This document shows positions 30,157-39,436 of a stretch of DNA of 64,000 nt, in pieces. The notes under the pieces are model-generated. The model did not search any database. It saw only the letters and a program-made list of their open reading frames with translations, and was not told where the DNA came from. Source of the stretch: a virus; IMG/VR virus record IMGVR_UViG_3300032668_000017, positions 2,824-66,823 of that record; one strand, written 5' to 3'. How positions within the stretch are numbered: the stretch's first letter is position 1; each line of letters starts with the position of its first letter. Position numbers and translations under genes: made by a program.

Positions 30157-30419
30157 TTTGTTCCGCACTTCCACCGTCTTAAACTAGCTGCTTTACGAGT
30201 TGGTTTGCCGTTCTCATCTTTCATTGGTCCAGGCATACCAGACATTCTAGCGCAAAAAGATTTCTTTCTAGGACCACCTTCAGGTTGTGGAGCTTTTAAA
30301 TGCGAGCCAGTAGCCGCATTATATTTAGCACGACCTTTGGCGGTAAGCCCAGCGCCCTTAGATGCAGGCAGTTTTTCACCACGACCAACCGCAAGCGAAA
30401 CACCTTTTTTCTTAGCCAT
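30153..30419 (-). CDS. Conserved small basic phage protein
   Basis: GLTAKGRAKYN...RKKSFCARM...SLRRWKC. Confidence 0.7.
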   Translation of the reverse strand: MAKKKGVSLAVGRGEKLPASKGAGLTAKGRAKYNAATGSHLKAPQPEGGPRKKSFCARMSGMPGPMKDENGKPTRKAASLRRWKCGTK

Positions 30420-30924
30420 AAAAAATCGTAATACCAGTTACGTTAGATAGTTGCGCATAAATTTGGTTATATACCAATGCGCCTTCACCCGGCAACAGCA
30501 CGGATATTATAGCTGCTGCGCTAGCACTTGTATCAAAAGAAGTAATCCATCTAGTTGCAATAGTAGCAGAACCCGTACCGGTAATAGTTCCAGAATTAAC
30601 ATCTTGAACTGTAAAGCTATTTGCGTTAACTACTGTAACTACATAATTACCGTTGGTGGCTGTTCCGCCTGTACCTGCGCCATAAGCAATGCCTATATAT
30701 TGCCCAGTTACAAGTCCGTGAGCAGTCAAAGAAACAGTTACAGTATTACCTGAACGAGTATAGGTTCCGGTTGTTACCGGTGCTGTTGCGCTGTCCCATA
30801 AATTAACTGTACCAGCAGTACCTGTAGGTACACAAAAAAACCCTCTAAGTCTTGTACGTTGTGGGTTTGTGGCAAAACTGCTTACGTTTACGTGTGCCGA
30901 TAATACATCGGTTTGCATTGTCAT
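30412..30924 (-). CDS. Virion structural protein
   Basis: MTMQTDV start; inserted TVTVSLTAHGL beta domain; ends IFYG. Confidence 0.6.
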   Translation of the reverse strand: MTMQTDVLSAHVNVSSFATNPQRTRLRGFFCVPTGTAGTVNLWDSATAPVTTGTYTRSGNTVTVSLTAHGLVTGQYIGIAYGAGTGGTATNGNYVVTVVNANSFTVQDVNSGTITGTGSATIATRWITSFDTSASAAAIISVLLPGEGALVYNQIYAQLSNVTGITIFYG

Positions 30925-30943
30925 AATTAATCTCCTTAAATTT

Positions 30944-30966
30944 TAAAAAGGGGACCGAAGTCCCCC
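30944..30966 (-). terminator. Rho-independent terminator with cUUCGg loop
   Basis: Minus strand GGGGAC-TTCG-GTCCCC-TTTT. Confidence 0.85.
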
Positions 30967-30974
30967 GGGATTAA

Positions 30975-31652
30975 TTAGTCAAAATTACCGTATGGGTAAA
31001 CAGTTGTAGAACCGATGCTGCCGTCGGCTTGTGTGTAGCTCAATGTGATATAGAACTTACCAGTAGCCAAAGTAGTCATTGTGGTACCGACAACAGCTAA
31101 AGTACAAACAACTTGTGACAACTCGGAAGGTTGCTGGCTATTAGTGATATCAGAAGAAGTTGCTTGGCAGTTTGCTAACTGGGTACCGCTGTATGAAACA
31201 GTTTGACGACCTGTGCCAGAAGTTAAGGCAGAAGTTTGAGCGTACTGTGCGCCGTTAAACTGATTACCAACCAACAACTGAACCGAAGTCAAAGTACCAG
31301 AAGAAATTGTTGGGAACGTAGCAATATCAAAATCAACTGCAGTGATACGGCTGTTAATAGGCAAATAAAACACTACGCCACGATAGATAGCGGTAGCAGA
31401 GTCAGCTGTTGGGGTTGCAACTACTGGTGGATATACAGTAGATGATGGGGTGTAAACGTTGCCATTTAAGTTAGGAATGCTGTTAGAAACCACAAACTGG
31501 CTTGAAGCGCCGCTATAGTTAGCGGTACCAGATGTAGTATTAGAAAAATCTAAACCAGCAGATTGAGTTAAACGAGCGTAACCAACGTCACGCAAAGCGC
31601 CAAAACGGTTATCGCCCGATAGAATTGGGCCTTCAAATGTGGAACGTGCCAT
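30975..31652 (-). CDS. Probable capsid decoration/minor head protein
   Basis: MARSTFEGP start at 31652; Ser/Thr-rich; first late gene after the capsid gene. Confidence 0.55.
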   Translation of the reverse strand: MARSTFEGPILSGDNRFGALRDVGYARLTQSAGLDFSNTTSGTANYSGASSQFVVSNSIPNLNGNVYTPSSTVYPPVVATPTADSATAIYRGVVFYLPINSRITAVDFDIATFPTISSGTLTSVQLLVGNQFNGAQYAQTSALTSGTGRQTVSYSGTQLANCQATSSDITNSQQPSELSQVVCTLAVVGTTMTTLATGKFYITLSYTQADGSIGSTTVYPYGNFD

Positions 31653-31659
31653 AATAAAT

Positions 31660-31735
31660 TGTCCTATGCAAAGTAAGCTCATACCAATCGTTGCATCGTC
31701 TGCTGGGGCAGTCCGGTATAAGCAATCACCCAGTT
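31660..31735 (-). ncRNA. Structured, pseudoknotted RNA; probable Mu-gpT-DE-type motif
   Basis: Interleaved pairings CUGGG/CCCAG, GCUUAUACC/GGUAUGAGC and AUGCAA/UUGCAU; lies downstream of a Mu gpT-like capsid gene. Confidence 0.55.
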
Positions 31736-31741
31736 AGCGTT

Positions 31742-31769
31742 AGTTTACTCTTTTTTAGTTTTTGTGCAA
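31742..31769 (-). promoter_or_regulatory. Sigma70-like promoter
   Basis: TTGCAC-16 nt-TAAACT, placing the start at the 5' end of the structured RNA. Confidence 0.5.
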
Positions 31770-31824
31770 GGATTTTTAAGTAAAATGATAGAAATTGGGC
31801 AAATATTTTGAGGGGTTATGGGAA

Positions 31825-32313
31825 ATGAAATTCACAGTAAAAAAAGTAGACATCAGAAATCTGGCTATTCAAAATCTCCTACTATTCCTTCAAAGACAGA
31901 TACTACCCGCGGATTCCCCTTACAAGCCGGACCGGGGTCATTGGTGGATTGCGTATGCAGAGTGCGGGAAGCCTGTAGCTTTTGCGGGTTTGGTGCGCTC
32001 ACAGAAATGGAACGATACAGGTTATTTATGTAGAGCTGGCGTGATGGATGGTTTTACTGGGCACGGTTTACAAAAGCGTCTTATACTTGCGCGAATCAAA
32101 CAAGCTAGGAAGTTAGGATGGAATTGGCTAATTACCGATACAACAAACAATCCAGCATCATCGAACTCGCTGATCAATGCGGGCTTCAAAATCTATCGAC
32201 CCGGCCAGCCTTGGAGCTGGAAACATTCAATCTATTGGCGATATAAGGTAAACCCAGATGCCGTACAAAGACAAGAACGTGCAAAAAGCGTACTACAAGC
32301 AAAGCAGCCGTAA
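31825..32313 (+). CDS. GNAT family N-acetyltransferase
   Basis: RAGV...FTGHGLQKRL and NPASSNSLINAGF motifs; GAGGGG SD before ATG 31825. Confidence 0.8.
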   Translation: MKFTVKKVDIRNLAIQNLLLFLQRQILPADSPYKPDRGHWWIAYAECGKPVAFAGLVRSQKWNDTGYLCRAGVMDGFTGHGLQKRLILARIKQARKLGWNWLITDTTNNPASSNSLINAGFKIYRPGQPWSWKHSIYWRYKVNPDAVQRQERAKSVLQAKQP

Positions 32314-32611
32314 GTATTACGAAAAGAATAAAGAAAAAGTTAGGGCGGCAATAAAGTTAGTAAACAAAGCCAACAAAGAAAAATGGCAAGAATTTAAAGC
32401 AACATTAAAGTGCGCAGTATGTGGAGAAAATCATCCGGCTGTATTGGACTTTCATCACATAAACCCAAAAGACAAAGAGTACTCAGTAAGCCGCTTGGTT
32501 AGCGATAGAAGCTATACCAAAGCAATGGAAGAAGTAAAAAAGTGCATAGTGCTATGCGCCAATCATCACAGAATACACCACTGGGATGAACTAAAAAACC
32601 CCGACAAATAA
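32258..32611 (+). CDS. HNH endonuclease
   Basis: CAVC...LDFHHINP...KCIVLCANHHRIHH. Confidence 0.85.
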   Translation: MPYKDKNVQKAYYKQSSRKYYEKNKEKVRAAIKLVNKANKEKWQEFKATLKCAVCGENHPAVLDFHHINPKDKEYSVSRLVSDRSYTKAMEEVKKCIVLCANHHRIHHWDELKNPDK

Positions 32612-32642
32612 AAAACCCCCCAACCTTGTGAGCTGGGGGGTT
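32609..32642 (-). terminator. Terminator after the major capsid gene (convergent with HNH)
   Basis: Minus strand CCCCCCAGC-TCACAAG-GTTGGGGGG followed by a T-run. Confidence 0.8.
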
Positions 32643-32677
32643 ACATCAACAGTCAGAAACCGTTGAGGGGGTAGTTC

Positions 32678-33589
32678 TTAGAAAGAACCGCTTGAGCCCC
32701 ATGCTCCGAGTGGATCAGACCAACCGAAGCTATAACGCTCACGTGATTTGTAACGTACGTTACCTGTATCGAAATCACCGTCCATGCTGTTTTGCAATGG
32801 TGTACGCTCGAAGTGCTTCAGACCGTTTGGAACGTCGGTTAACAAGAACCAAGCGTTGATGTCGGTCAAGAAGTGGTTAACAGTGTAACCTTCTGGAACG
32901 GTACCATTGTTTTTAATGGCGTTGATATCGTTGTTGTTGGTACCAACACGGAGGTTAGTCTCAAGCAAACGAGTTGCAACGAACATTAATGATGGTGGGA
33001 TTACCAATTTACGTGGCTTAGCAGCGATCAAGAGACCACGCTCATCTGTCCAAGCGGCGATTTGAATGGTAGCGGCTTCCAAAGAAGTCTCATTCAAGTC
33101 AACTGGGGTAGAAGGAACGTTGCTGTTTGTGCCGCCAGATACCAATGGGTGAGCATTGCTGAACAAAGATACGCCGTCGCCACCAACATAGCTGGAGCTG
33201 AAGCCGTTGTTCAATACAGATGCTGCTTTAACTTGCTTGGTATAGGACATAGCGCGAGCCAATGCTTTGGTGTAACGAGCAGACAATGAGTCATACAAGT
33301 TATCTTCAATCGCTTCTTCAGTGATTGAGAAGCCCAAAGCAATGGTTTCGTGTGAGTAACGAGCTGTGAAAGCTTCTTGCGCATTGTCATAAGAAATTGC
33401 GCCGCCTTCGTTCTTGACTGGAGCAGCCGAGAAGCCAGACAGTTTGGTTTCTTCTTCAAATGAACGCTCAGAAGATTCAGTTTCGTAAATCTCTTTGTGC
33501 TCTTCGCCGTAGCGTTTGTACTCTAAACCAAACAATGCGTTTAGACCGGGGAGTAGCTCTTTTAAGAGCTGTGAACGTGAAATAGCCAT
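32678..33589 (-). CDS. Major capsid protein (Mu gpT-like family)
   Basis: MAISRSQLLKELLPGLNALFG...ITEEAIEDNLY...RYKSRERYSFGWSDP; strong RBS and terminator. Confidence 0.9.
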   Translation of the reverse strand: MAISRSQLLKELLPGLNALFGLEYKRYGEEHKEIYETESSERSFEEETKLSGFSAAPVKNEGGAISYDNAQEAFTARYSHETIALGFSITEEAIEDNLYDSLSARYTKALARAMSYTKQVKAASVLNNGFSSSYVGGDGVSLFSNAHPLVSGGTNSNVPSTPVDLNETSLEAATIQIAAWTDERGLLIAAKPRKLVIPPSLMFVATRLLETNLRVGTNNNDINAIKNNGTVPEGYTVNHFLTDINAWFLLTDVPNGLKHFERTPLQNSMDGDFDTGNVRYKSRERYSFGWSDPLGAWGSSGSF

Positions 33590-33604
33590 GTTATAGCTCC
33601 TTTA

Positions 33605-34261
33605 TTAAGCGGTTGTACCAGCGGACTGATAGTACTGATGCACGCCAAAGTTCAACTTAACGATGCAATCGGTATATGCGTCACCGGGGTTAGATGGGAA
33701 GTTGCCACCGAAAGTAGAGCTGGAGTTAACCAAGTCGACAATCTTGACAGCCAACGCGTTTGTATTAGCAATAGTAGCTGACAACGCAACAACTGAGTTA
33801 CCAGAAGTTGTATTACCAGTTGTAGAGCTTGTACCACCGGTGAAGTTTGCCAAAGCAGCAGTCTTACCGATAGAACCGTAACCAACAGAACCCAAGCTTT
33901 GAACTTGGAACAGTTGATCTGGGTCTTCTACTACGCGAATGAAAATATTGGTGTAACCAGCAGTTACGGCGTTTGCAGGCAGATATTCTGCATACAAAGG
34001 ATAGCCGAGTTGCTGACCAGATAACTGGTAACGAACACCAACGCAAACACCAGCGATACCAACAGAGCTGGTAGTTGGTGAAGCTGTAACAACAGTAGGT
34101 TGGCCAGCTGCGGCTGCACCTAACTGCACTAAGTCGCCGGTATAGATTGGCGCTGTATTGTTTGTAGTCATCAAATACTCACGGATTGTTCCGCCAGTAA
34201 ACGATTGACCGCCGATTAGATTAATCGGCTTTAGTCCATAAGGACTTGATACTGTGCTCAT
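33605..34261 (-). CDS. Capsid-associated protein
   Basis: PYGLKP...IYTGDLV...EDPDQLF; immediately upstream of the major capsid gene. Confidence 0.6.
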   Translation of the reverse strand: MSTVSSPYGLKPINLIGGQSFTGGTIREYLMTTNNTAPIYTGDLVQLGAAAAGQPTVVTASPTTSSVGIAGVCVGVRYQLSGQQLGYPLYAEYLPANAVTAGYTNIFIRVVEDPDQLFQVQSLGSVGYGSIGKTAALANFTGGTSSTTGNTTSGNSVVALSATIANTNALAVKIVDLVNSSSTFGGNFPSNPGDAYTDCIVKLNFGVHQYYQSAGTTA

Positions 34262-34276
34262 AAAGCCTCCTAAAAA

Positions 34277-34729
34277 TTATTTTGTACCGCTTCCAAACCC
34301 GCCACCCTTACTAACTGTCGTTTTACGGTCAGAGAATAAAGGCATACGAGCATCATTGTTCCGCATGAAATGGTTATCAACCGAGTTCATTTGGTCTTGT
34401 GCTTGCTTCTGGTAATACTCATCTCGTGCTGCTAGTTTCTCAGTAAGGATCTTACAAAGCATTAGACCACCCACTTCAACGTTACCTTCCGCATTACCCG
34501 GTAACATAAGCTCAGGATGATCCGCTGCCTTTACAGGCTCGTAACCGTCACGAAACTTTTGTGACACGTTAGTAGGAACATCTTGCCCATTTACCGCTGT
34601 TGCTACCCATCTGAAGCTATAACCATCTTGAGGAGCTGGAGTAGGTAGTGTTGCTGCAGGTTGATAAACTGCACGAGTTTGACTTTTTTCACGTGTGTCA
34701 ATATCACGGGGTGTGCGACTATTAGCCAT
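34277..34729 (-). CDS. Conserved head-module protein
   Basis: GYSFRWV...GYEPV...VGGLMLCKI. Confidence 0.6.
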   Translation of the reverse strand: MANSRTPRDIDTREKSQTRAVYQPAATLPTPAPQDGYSFRWVATAVNGQDVPTNVSQKFRDGYEPVKAADHPELMLPGNAEGNVEVGGLMLCKILTEKLAARDEYYQKQAQDQMNSVDNHFMRNNDARMPLFSDRKTTVSKGGGFGSGTK

Positions 34730-35693
34730 TACGGGCCTCCTGTTTTAAAAATTCCTTAGCATACAATTCACGTGGGATTCCAAGTTTGTCAGCAAGTGCT
34801 GCTTGAGTTGCTGTTAGCTTGACTGTTTTTTTCGCTCCCGTAGTGCGGGACGCTGAAGCCACCACTGTTGCCGGTTTTTTAGCAGGTTCCGTTTGTTTAC
34901 GGCTAGGTGTCGAATCCTCAAATACATCAGGAAACACCGTCTTTATGCGAGCATCAATGCGCTCGAAGTATTCTTCACTACGCGGGTCAACACCCGTGGC
35001 GACTAGCTTTTGGTGCAGTCCAAGTGCGAAGGCTGTCATTTCTTCATATCCCGGGCTACCGAACCACTGGTTTTTGGCTTGCCAGCGCAAGGTTTTTTCG
35101 TCGGGCCGTGGGACATCTTGTACCGATGGTTGTATTGTTACATCCTTTTCCTCTGTTTGTAAAGGGGTTGGCTTAAAATTTTTCGCCGCTTCCTTCTTAA
35201 ACATTGCAGCAGTCAAAGCTTCGTTGGCAGCAATAATAGCGTCGGTATCAAAAGACTCTTGCGCTTCTTTCAACTTACGACGGGCTGCGTCCATCTCGCT
35301 TTCGGCAGCAGTCTTCATCATTTCTTGGTATGAAGTTTCGCCGGTTTGTACGTACTGCTTAAGTTTTTTGTTCTCTTCAAGAATCTGTTGAGCCAACTTC
35401 AAAGCCTCTTCACGCTCACGCAGTGCTGCTTCTTTTGCACGGCGCTCGTCATGACGGGCATGGGTTAACTCCTTGATTCTGCTCTGAACTCCCTTTGTGT
35501 AGCCATCAATCTCTTCTTCCGAAGGATCATCAACTTCACGTGCTAGGGGTTGTGCCTTACGGTCACGCTCGGGGGTATCGTCTTCAATGACAATCTCCGC
35601 CTCATCGCCTTCCGCTGTTACTTGTAACTCTTCTCTGTCTTCCGCTGTAGGAAATTCTTTATCCTCATCTGGAAACTTAAATTGCTCATCCAT
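34722..35693 (-). CDS. Scaffolding protein
   Basis: Acidic N-terminus and coiled coil; C-terminal KLGIPRELYAK; lies between portal and major capsid genes. Confidence 0.7.
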   Translation of the reverse strand: MDEQFKFPDEDKEFPTAEDREELQVTAEGDEAEIVIEDDTPERDRKAQPLAREVDDPSEEEIDGYTKGVQSRIKELTHARHDERRAKEAALREREEALKLAQQILEENKKLKQYVQTGETSYQEMMKTAAESEMDAARRKLKEAQESFDTDAIIAANEALTAAMFKKEAAKNFKPTPLQTEEKDVTIQPSVQDVPRPDEKTLRWQAKNQWFGSPGYEEMTAFALGLHQKLVATGVDPRSEEYFERIDARIKTVFPDVFEDSTPSRKQTEPAKKPATVVASASRTTGAKKTVKLTATQAALADKLGIPRELYAKEFLKQEARNG

Positions 35694-35705
35694 GGTAGCT
35701 CCTTA

Positions 35706-36155
35706 TTAAACGCGTGAAATGCCACGGGGGTCAAGAACTGTGCCATCAACTTGATCGTCGTTAATGATACGGAACTCTTTTCCGTGAATCTTGATTCGGG
35801 TGCCGGTGTATGGGCGTGTTAGGATAAAGTCACCTTCTTGGCACCAAGGCCCGTCTGGGAAACGATCTGTATCCTTATATGCTGAAACACCTAGGCGAAT
35901 AACAAACAGGACTGGGGAAGTTAACTCCTCAACCATCTTTGTTTCATCAGCCTTAATAATCCCGCTATCAAATTTATCAGTTGCATCAACCAAGGCACAA
36001 AGAATCTTATGACCTGATGGCTGGGGCATCTGCGTTGCTTTTTCTACAGCGTCCATGGCTGCCAACTCTTCTTCAGTCGGAGCATTTTGCTTTACCGGCA
36101 TATCTACGCCGGGTGGAAGGATTAACCCCTCCGGTGGTAAGGCGATGTTACTCAT
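35706..36155 (-). CDS. GroES-like co-chaperonin
   Basis: PSGHKIL...SGII...GPWCQEGD...YTGTRI...EFRIINDDQV; start at 36155 (MSNIALPP). Confidence 0.75.
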   Translation of the reverse strand: MSNIALPPEGLILPPGVDMPVKQNAPTEEELAAMDAVEKATQMPQPSGHKILCALVDATDKFDSGIIKADETKMVEELTSPVLFVIRLGVSAYKDTDRFPDGPWCQEGDFILTRPYTGTRIKIHGKEFRIINDDQVDGTVLDPRGISRV

Positions 36156-36360
36156 CGTTTTCTTCTTTCTGTAAATACTCAGCGAGGTCAAGTAAGTGGC
36201 GCTCTGCGAAAGCTAGACCTCGAATCACTCCGCAAAGCTCTTTGTACTGCTCAAAGGTGGTGCACTGACCATTTGCCAAATCATCAGTGTAGTTATTCAT
36301 ATCTGTGCGCAACTTGTCACGCATTGCGGCTATGAAATCAGCCGTTAGTAGGTCGATCAC
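36148..36360 (-). CDS. Small head-module protein
   Basis: YKELCGVIRGL helix pattern; coupled to the portal gene. Confidence 0.6.
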   Translation of the reverse strand: MIDLLTADFIAAMRDKLRTDMNNYTDDLANGQCTTFEQYKELCGVIRGLAFAERHLLDLAEYLQKEENDE

Positions 36361-38876
36361 TCTTCAGTGCCTCCTTCAGGTTGGGTTTGTTGGTTTAATA
36401 AATCAGACTGGTGGGTAAACAAATCTTTGGCAGTATTGACCTTGTGGTGCTTATCCTGCTGTTGGATTTGAGCCGCTTGCAGTGCAACATCGGCTGTGGC
36501 TTTGTGTTTGCCAACGCGTTTGTCTTCTGCTTGTAGCATGATATTGGCGGTCTTGTTAAACGCTTCTTGCTTAAGTTCCTGTGCTTTGAGCGCCAATTCT
36601 TGTTGCTTGAACTGGGCATCTTGCGCATCCTTAGCTTTCTTACGCTCGAGTTCGCCTTGTTTAACCTGCTGGTCAATAAGCTGTGCCTGCATAACTGGGT
36701 CTTGCTGGTTTTGCTGGGCTTGTTGTTGCGAAACAACAGCTTGAGATTGAGCCAATACTTGTGGAGCAGCCTGTGCGACCAGCTGAGAAATCTGAATCTC
36801 CATATCTTCTGGCATCTCTGCGTCTGGTGCGGGTAGCGCTGCACCCATAGCTTGCTCGATCTTGTTTCTATAAGCAAAGCCTAAATGTTCGGCAATATGC
36901 GCTTGCATGGCTCCCTGAATTGCTTGAGCTTGTGGGTTTTGGCCAATCAGCTGCTGAACTAGCGGATCCTGCATAGCCATCTGGTGTACCTTGATATGAG
37001 ACTCGTGGTCTTGGTACATAAACGCTTTTAGTGGCTTGCCTTTTAGGGCAGCCATGTTTTCACTTACAGGATCTCTTGGCTTCTGGTCGTCCTCCAAAGG
37101 CACCAGTTTGTCGGCGTTTTTAATTCCAAGAACGTCAAGCATCTGCCGGTGCAGCTGGGGAAGGTTATAAATCTGTGGTGCTGACTGCGCCAATTGGATA
37201 ACAGCTTGGTACTGGACCACTCTCTGAGAAAGGGTGGCCGCGTTAGGATCGGATACAGGTAGCACGTCCACATGACTGTAGTCGGACTTTTTGACGTGGT
37301 AGTCACCGCTTTCTGGCTCATAGTTGTAGTCATCGTCGGTGTAGTCTCGGATAATCCCAGCGAGGAGTTTTAGTTCTTGTCTTAAGGCGTAGTGTACGCG
37401 AGCCTGAACTGCAGACATTACCTTAAGGGTTCTCTCTAGTATAGCTAAAGTTGTACCCACTGGGGCGTTAGCCGACATATCAGAAATCTGCATATCAGAA
37501 GTTGCTGCAAAGCGACGACCTTCTTCAATGATTTTATCCATCAAACCTGCTAAAACTGCAGATGGCTCTTTGTATGGGAGTGGCAGAATGTTGTCACGAA
37601 TAGTTCCGCTACCGACATCAACGTCTCTAAACTCACCCGGAGCGATAGGTGTGTCATCGCCCTTAATACGTAAACCTCTAGACTTCAGGCCACCCGGCAG
37701 GTTCGATAGGGTTCCGGCATCGACAAGCTGGCGCAAGATGGAAGTAGCTGACTTAGCAAAACCGCCAATAAGATGGAATAAGCCAAAGCCATAAGCACCG
37801 TAGCCGGGTATGTACTGGTAATGAACAAAATGATGTCTCTTAAGACGGAGCGGATCTTCTTCTTTCCAGTTTCTACGAATCGCAAGAATCTCATTTGTAC
37901 CTCTAATCATAGTTACAACATATGGCAGAGCAATACCGGTCATCTCTCCACTGTCGTCTTTATCTTCAAAGCCGGGTAAATCTAAATCAACGTGCGCTTC
38001 GTACAACTCAAAGCGATCATCGTACGTAGCTGTAAAGCCGGTCTCTTTATCTTTCTTTTCTTGAATCTCAGTGCGGAACTTTTGTGGCTCGCCCAGCTCA
38101 ACGTCTCTGTAGAATCCAGCGCGTTGTAGCTTAACTAGGTCAATCTTAGTCTTGCGCATGCGATGTACTACACGATGGCATGATGCAATCTCACTAGCGC
38201 CATATGGCAGGATGATGTCTTCTGCTGGAATAAAAATCGAAATCTGACGACCGATAGATGGATCGTAATAGACTTTCTTAAACGCTGAACCTGCTGATGG
38301 CAGATTCCACAGCATTCTCTCGTGCTCGTTGCGGAACTCAGGCATCTTTTCTGTGAGCTGGTAGTTCATATCCATCTCAACACGCTGCGCTGCTTCTACT
38401 TTTTCACGGGTTTCTTTACCAATGATCTGTGTCTTTACTGGGCCTTTAGCTGGAAAAGTCTCCATGATGGCTTCAGCTTGAAAACGCACGACCGCCTCAG
38501 TGATCATTGGGTGGAACACACCGCAAGCGCCGTCCCATGGTTCTACTCTTTCTTCAAACTTCAAACCAAGTAGCGTAATACCATCTTTGTACATCTGCTC
38601 CCAGTCTTTGCGGGAAGCTAGGTCATTATCAATATCGCCAGACAACTCGGAAGCTAAAGACTCTAAATCACCGGCATCCATTACGTCAGCTAAGTTCTCA
38701 TTAAACTCTTCGCTGCCGTCTTCTTCATCCATTTTCTCGATATCAAGCTCAAAACCGCCCGCACTAATGTGCATCGACTCTGGATCTTCAACTTCAATCT
38801 CAATATCTGGTTCCTGATTTTGCGTCAGTTCTTCTAAACCCTTGGGTGCTTGGTATAAGCCCTTATCAATTGCCAT
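36357..38876 (-). CDS. Portal protein with long Gln-rich C-terminal barrel
   Basis: 839 aa after TerL; PWDGACGVFHP, GSAFKKVYYD and LVDAGTLSNLPGG motifs. Confidence 0.85.
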   Translation of the reverse strand: MAIDKGLYQAPKGLEELTQNQEPDIEIEVEDPESMHISAGGFELDIEKMDEEDGSEEFNENLADVMDAGDLESLASELSGDIDNDLASRKDWEQMYKDGITLLGLKFEERVEPWDGACGVFHPMITEAVVRFQAEAIMETFPAKGPVKTQIIGKETREKVEAAQRVEMDMNYQLTEKMPEFRNEHERMLWNLPSAGSAFKKVYYDPSIGRQISIFIPAEDIILPYGASEIASCHRVVHRMRKTKIDLVKLQRAGFYRDVELGEPQKFRTEIQEKKDKETGFTATYDDRFELYEAHVDLDLPGFEDKDDSGEMTGIALPYVVTMIRGTNEILAIRRNWKEEDPLRLKRHHFVHYQYIPGYGAYGFGLFHLIGGFAKSATSILRQLVDAGTLSNLPGGLKSRGLRIKGDDTPIAPGEFRDVDVGSGTIRDNILPLPYKEPSAVLAGLMDKIIEEGRRFAATSDMQISDMSANAPVGTTLAILERTLKVMSAVQARVHYALRQELKLLAGIIRDYTDDDYNYEPESGDYHVKKSDYSHVDVLPVSDPNAATLSQRVVQYQAVIQLAQSAPQIYNLPQLHRQMLDVLGIKNADKLVPLEDDQKPRDPVSENMAALKGKPLKAFMYQDHESHIKVHQMAMQDPLVQQLIGQNPQAQAIQGAMQAHIAEHLGFAYRNKIEQAMGAALPAPDAEMPEDMEIQISQLVAQAAPQVLAQSQAVVSQQQAQQNQQDPVMQAQLIDQQVKQGELERKKAKDAQDAQFKQQELALKAQELKQEAFNKTANIMLQAEDKRVGKHKATADVALQAAQIQQQDKHHKVNTAKDLFTHQSDLLNQQTQPEGGTEE

Positions 38877-38884
38877 AATGTATC

Positions 38885-39436
38885 CTATTTAAAAGCTGGA
38901 CCTGAAGCCCAGCACGCTGCAGTGTATCGTGTGCCGCTATCAACGGCAGTAACGCGGTGTTCTAATACTGACGGAAAAACTATAATGGTGCCCTTCGGCA
39001 TTTTTTCCGGTAGTAGCGCTATTTTAAATTCAAATACGCCACCTTCATAGCTCTCGGGGTCACTTAAGAACGCTACTGCCGATAGTTTACGCTGTTTTTT
39101 GTCTTTATCGGGCACAAAACTGTCAATATGCCAATCATAATGGCCGCCTGCCTCGTATTTCCCTACCTGAATCTTCTCAAACGAGTCGACATCAAAGTTC
39201 CAACCCGCTTCTTTGTTAGCTAAGCTGGTAAAGGTCTGCATCATGCAACCAAGTGGGGTGTACGGTGTAGTAAAAGTAACTTCCGTCTTTCTAATTTCAT
39301 CATCAACAAACAGATTCTCGTTGTCTTTCGACAGCTCTGCGGCAAATTTATCCTTCCATGGCGCAGTTTTAACCATGTAATCGCATAGAGGAGAGGAAAT
39401 TACGCTTGGATATACCCAAAAAAAGTTATTTAACAT
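38885..39436 (-). CDS. 2OG-Fe(II) oxygenase (prolyl-4-hydroxylase-like)
   Basis: YDWHID, RKLS, YEGG, FPS..EHRV and GTRY motifs. Confidence 0.85.
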   Translation of the reverse strand: MLNNFFWVYPSVISSPLCDYMVKTAPWKDKFAAELSKDNENLFVDDEIRKTEVTFTTPYTPLGCMMQTFTSLANKEAGWNFDVDSFEKIQVGKYEAGGHYDWHIDSFVPDKDKKQRKLSAVAFLSDPESYEGGVFEFKIALLPEKMPKGTIIVFPSVLEHRVTAVDSGTRYTAACWASGPAFK

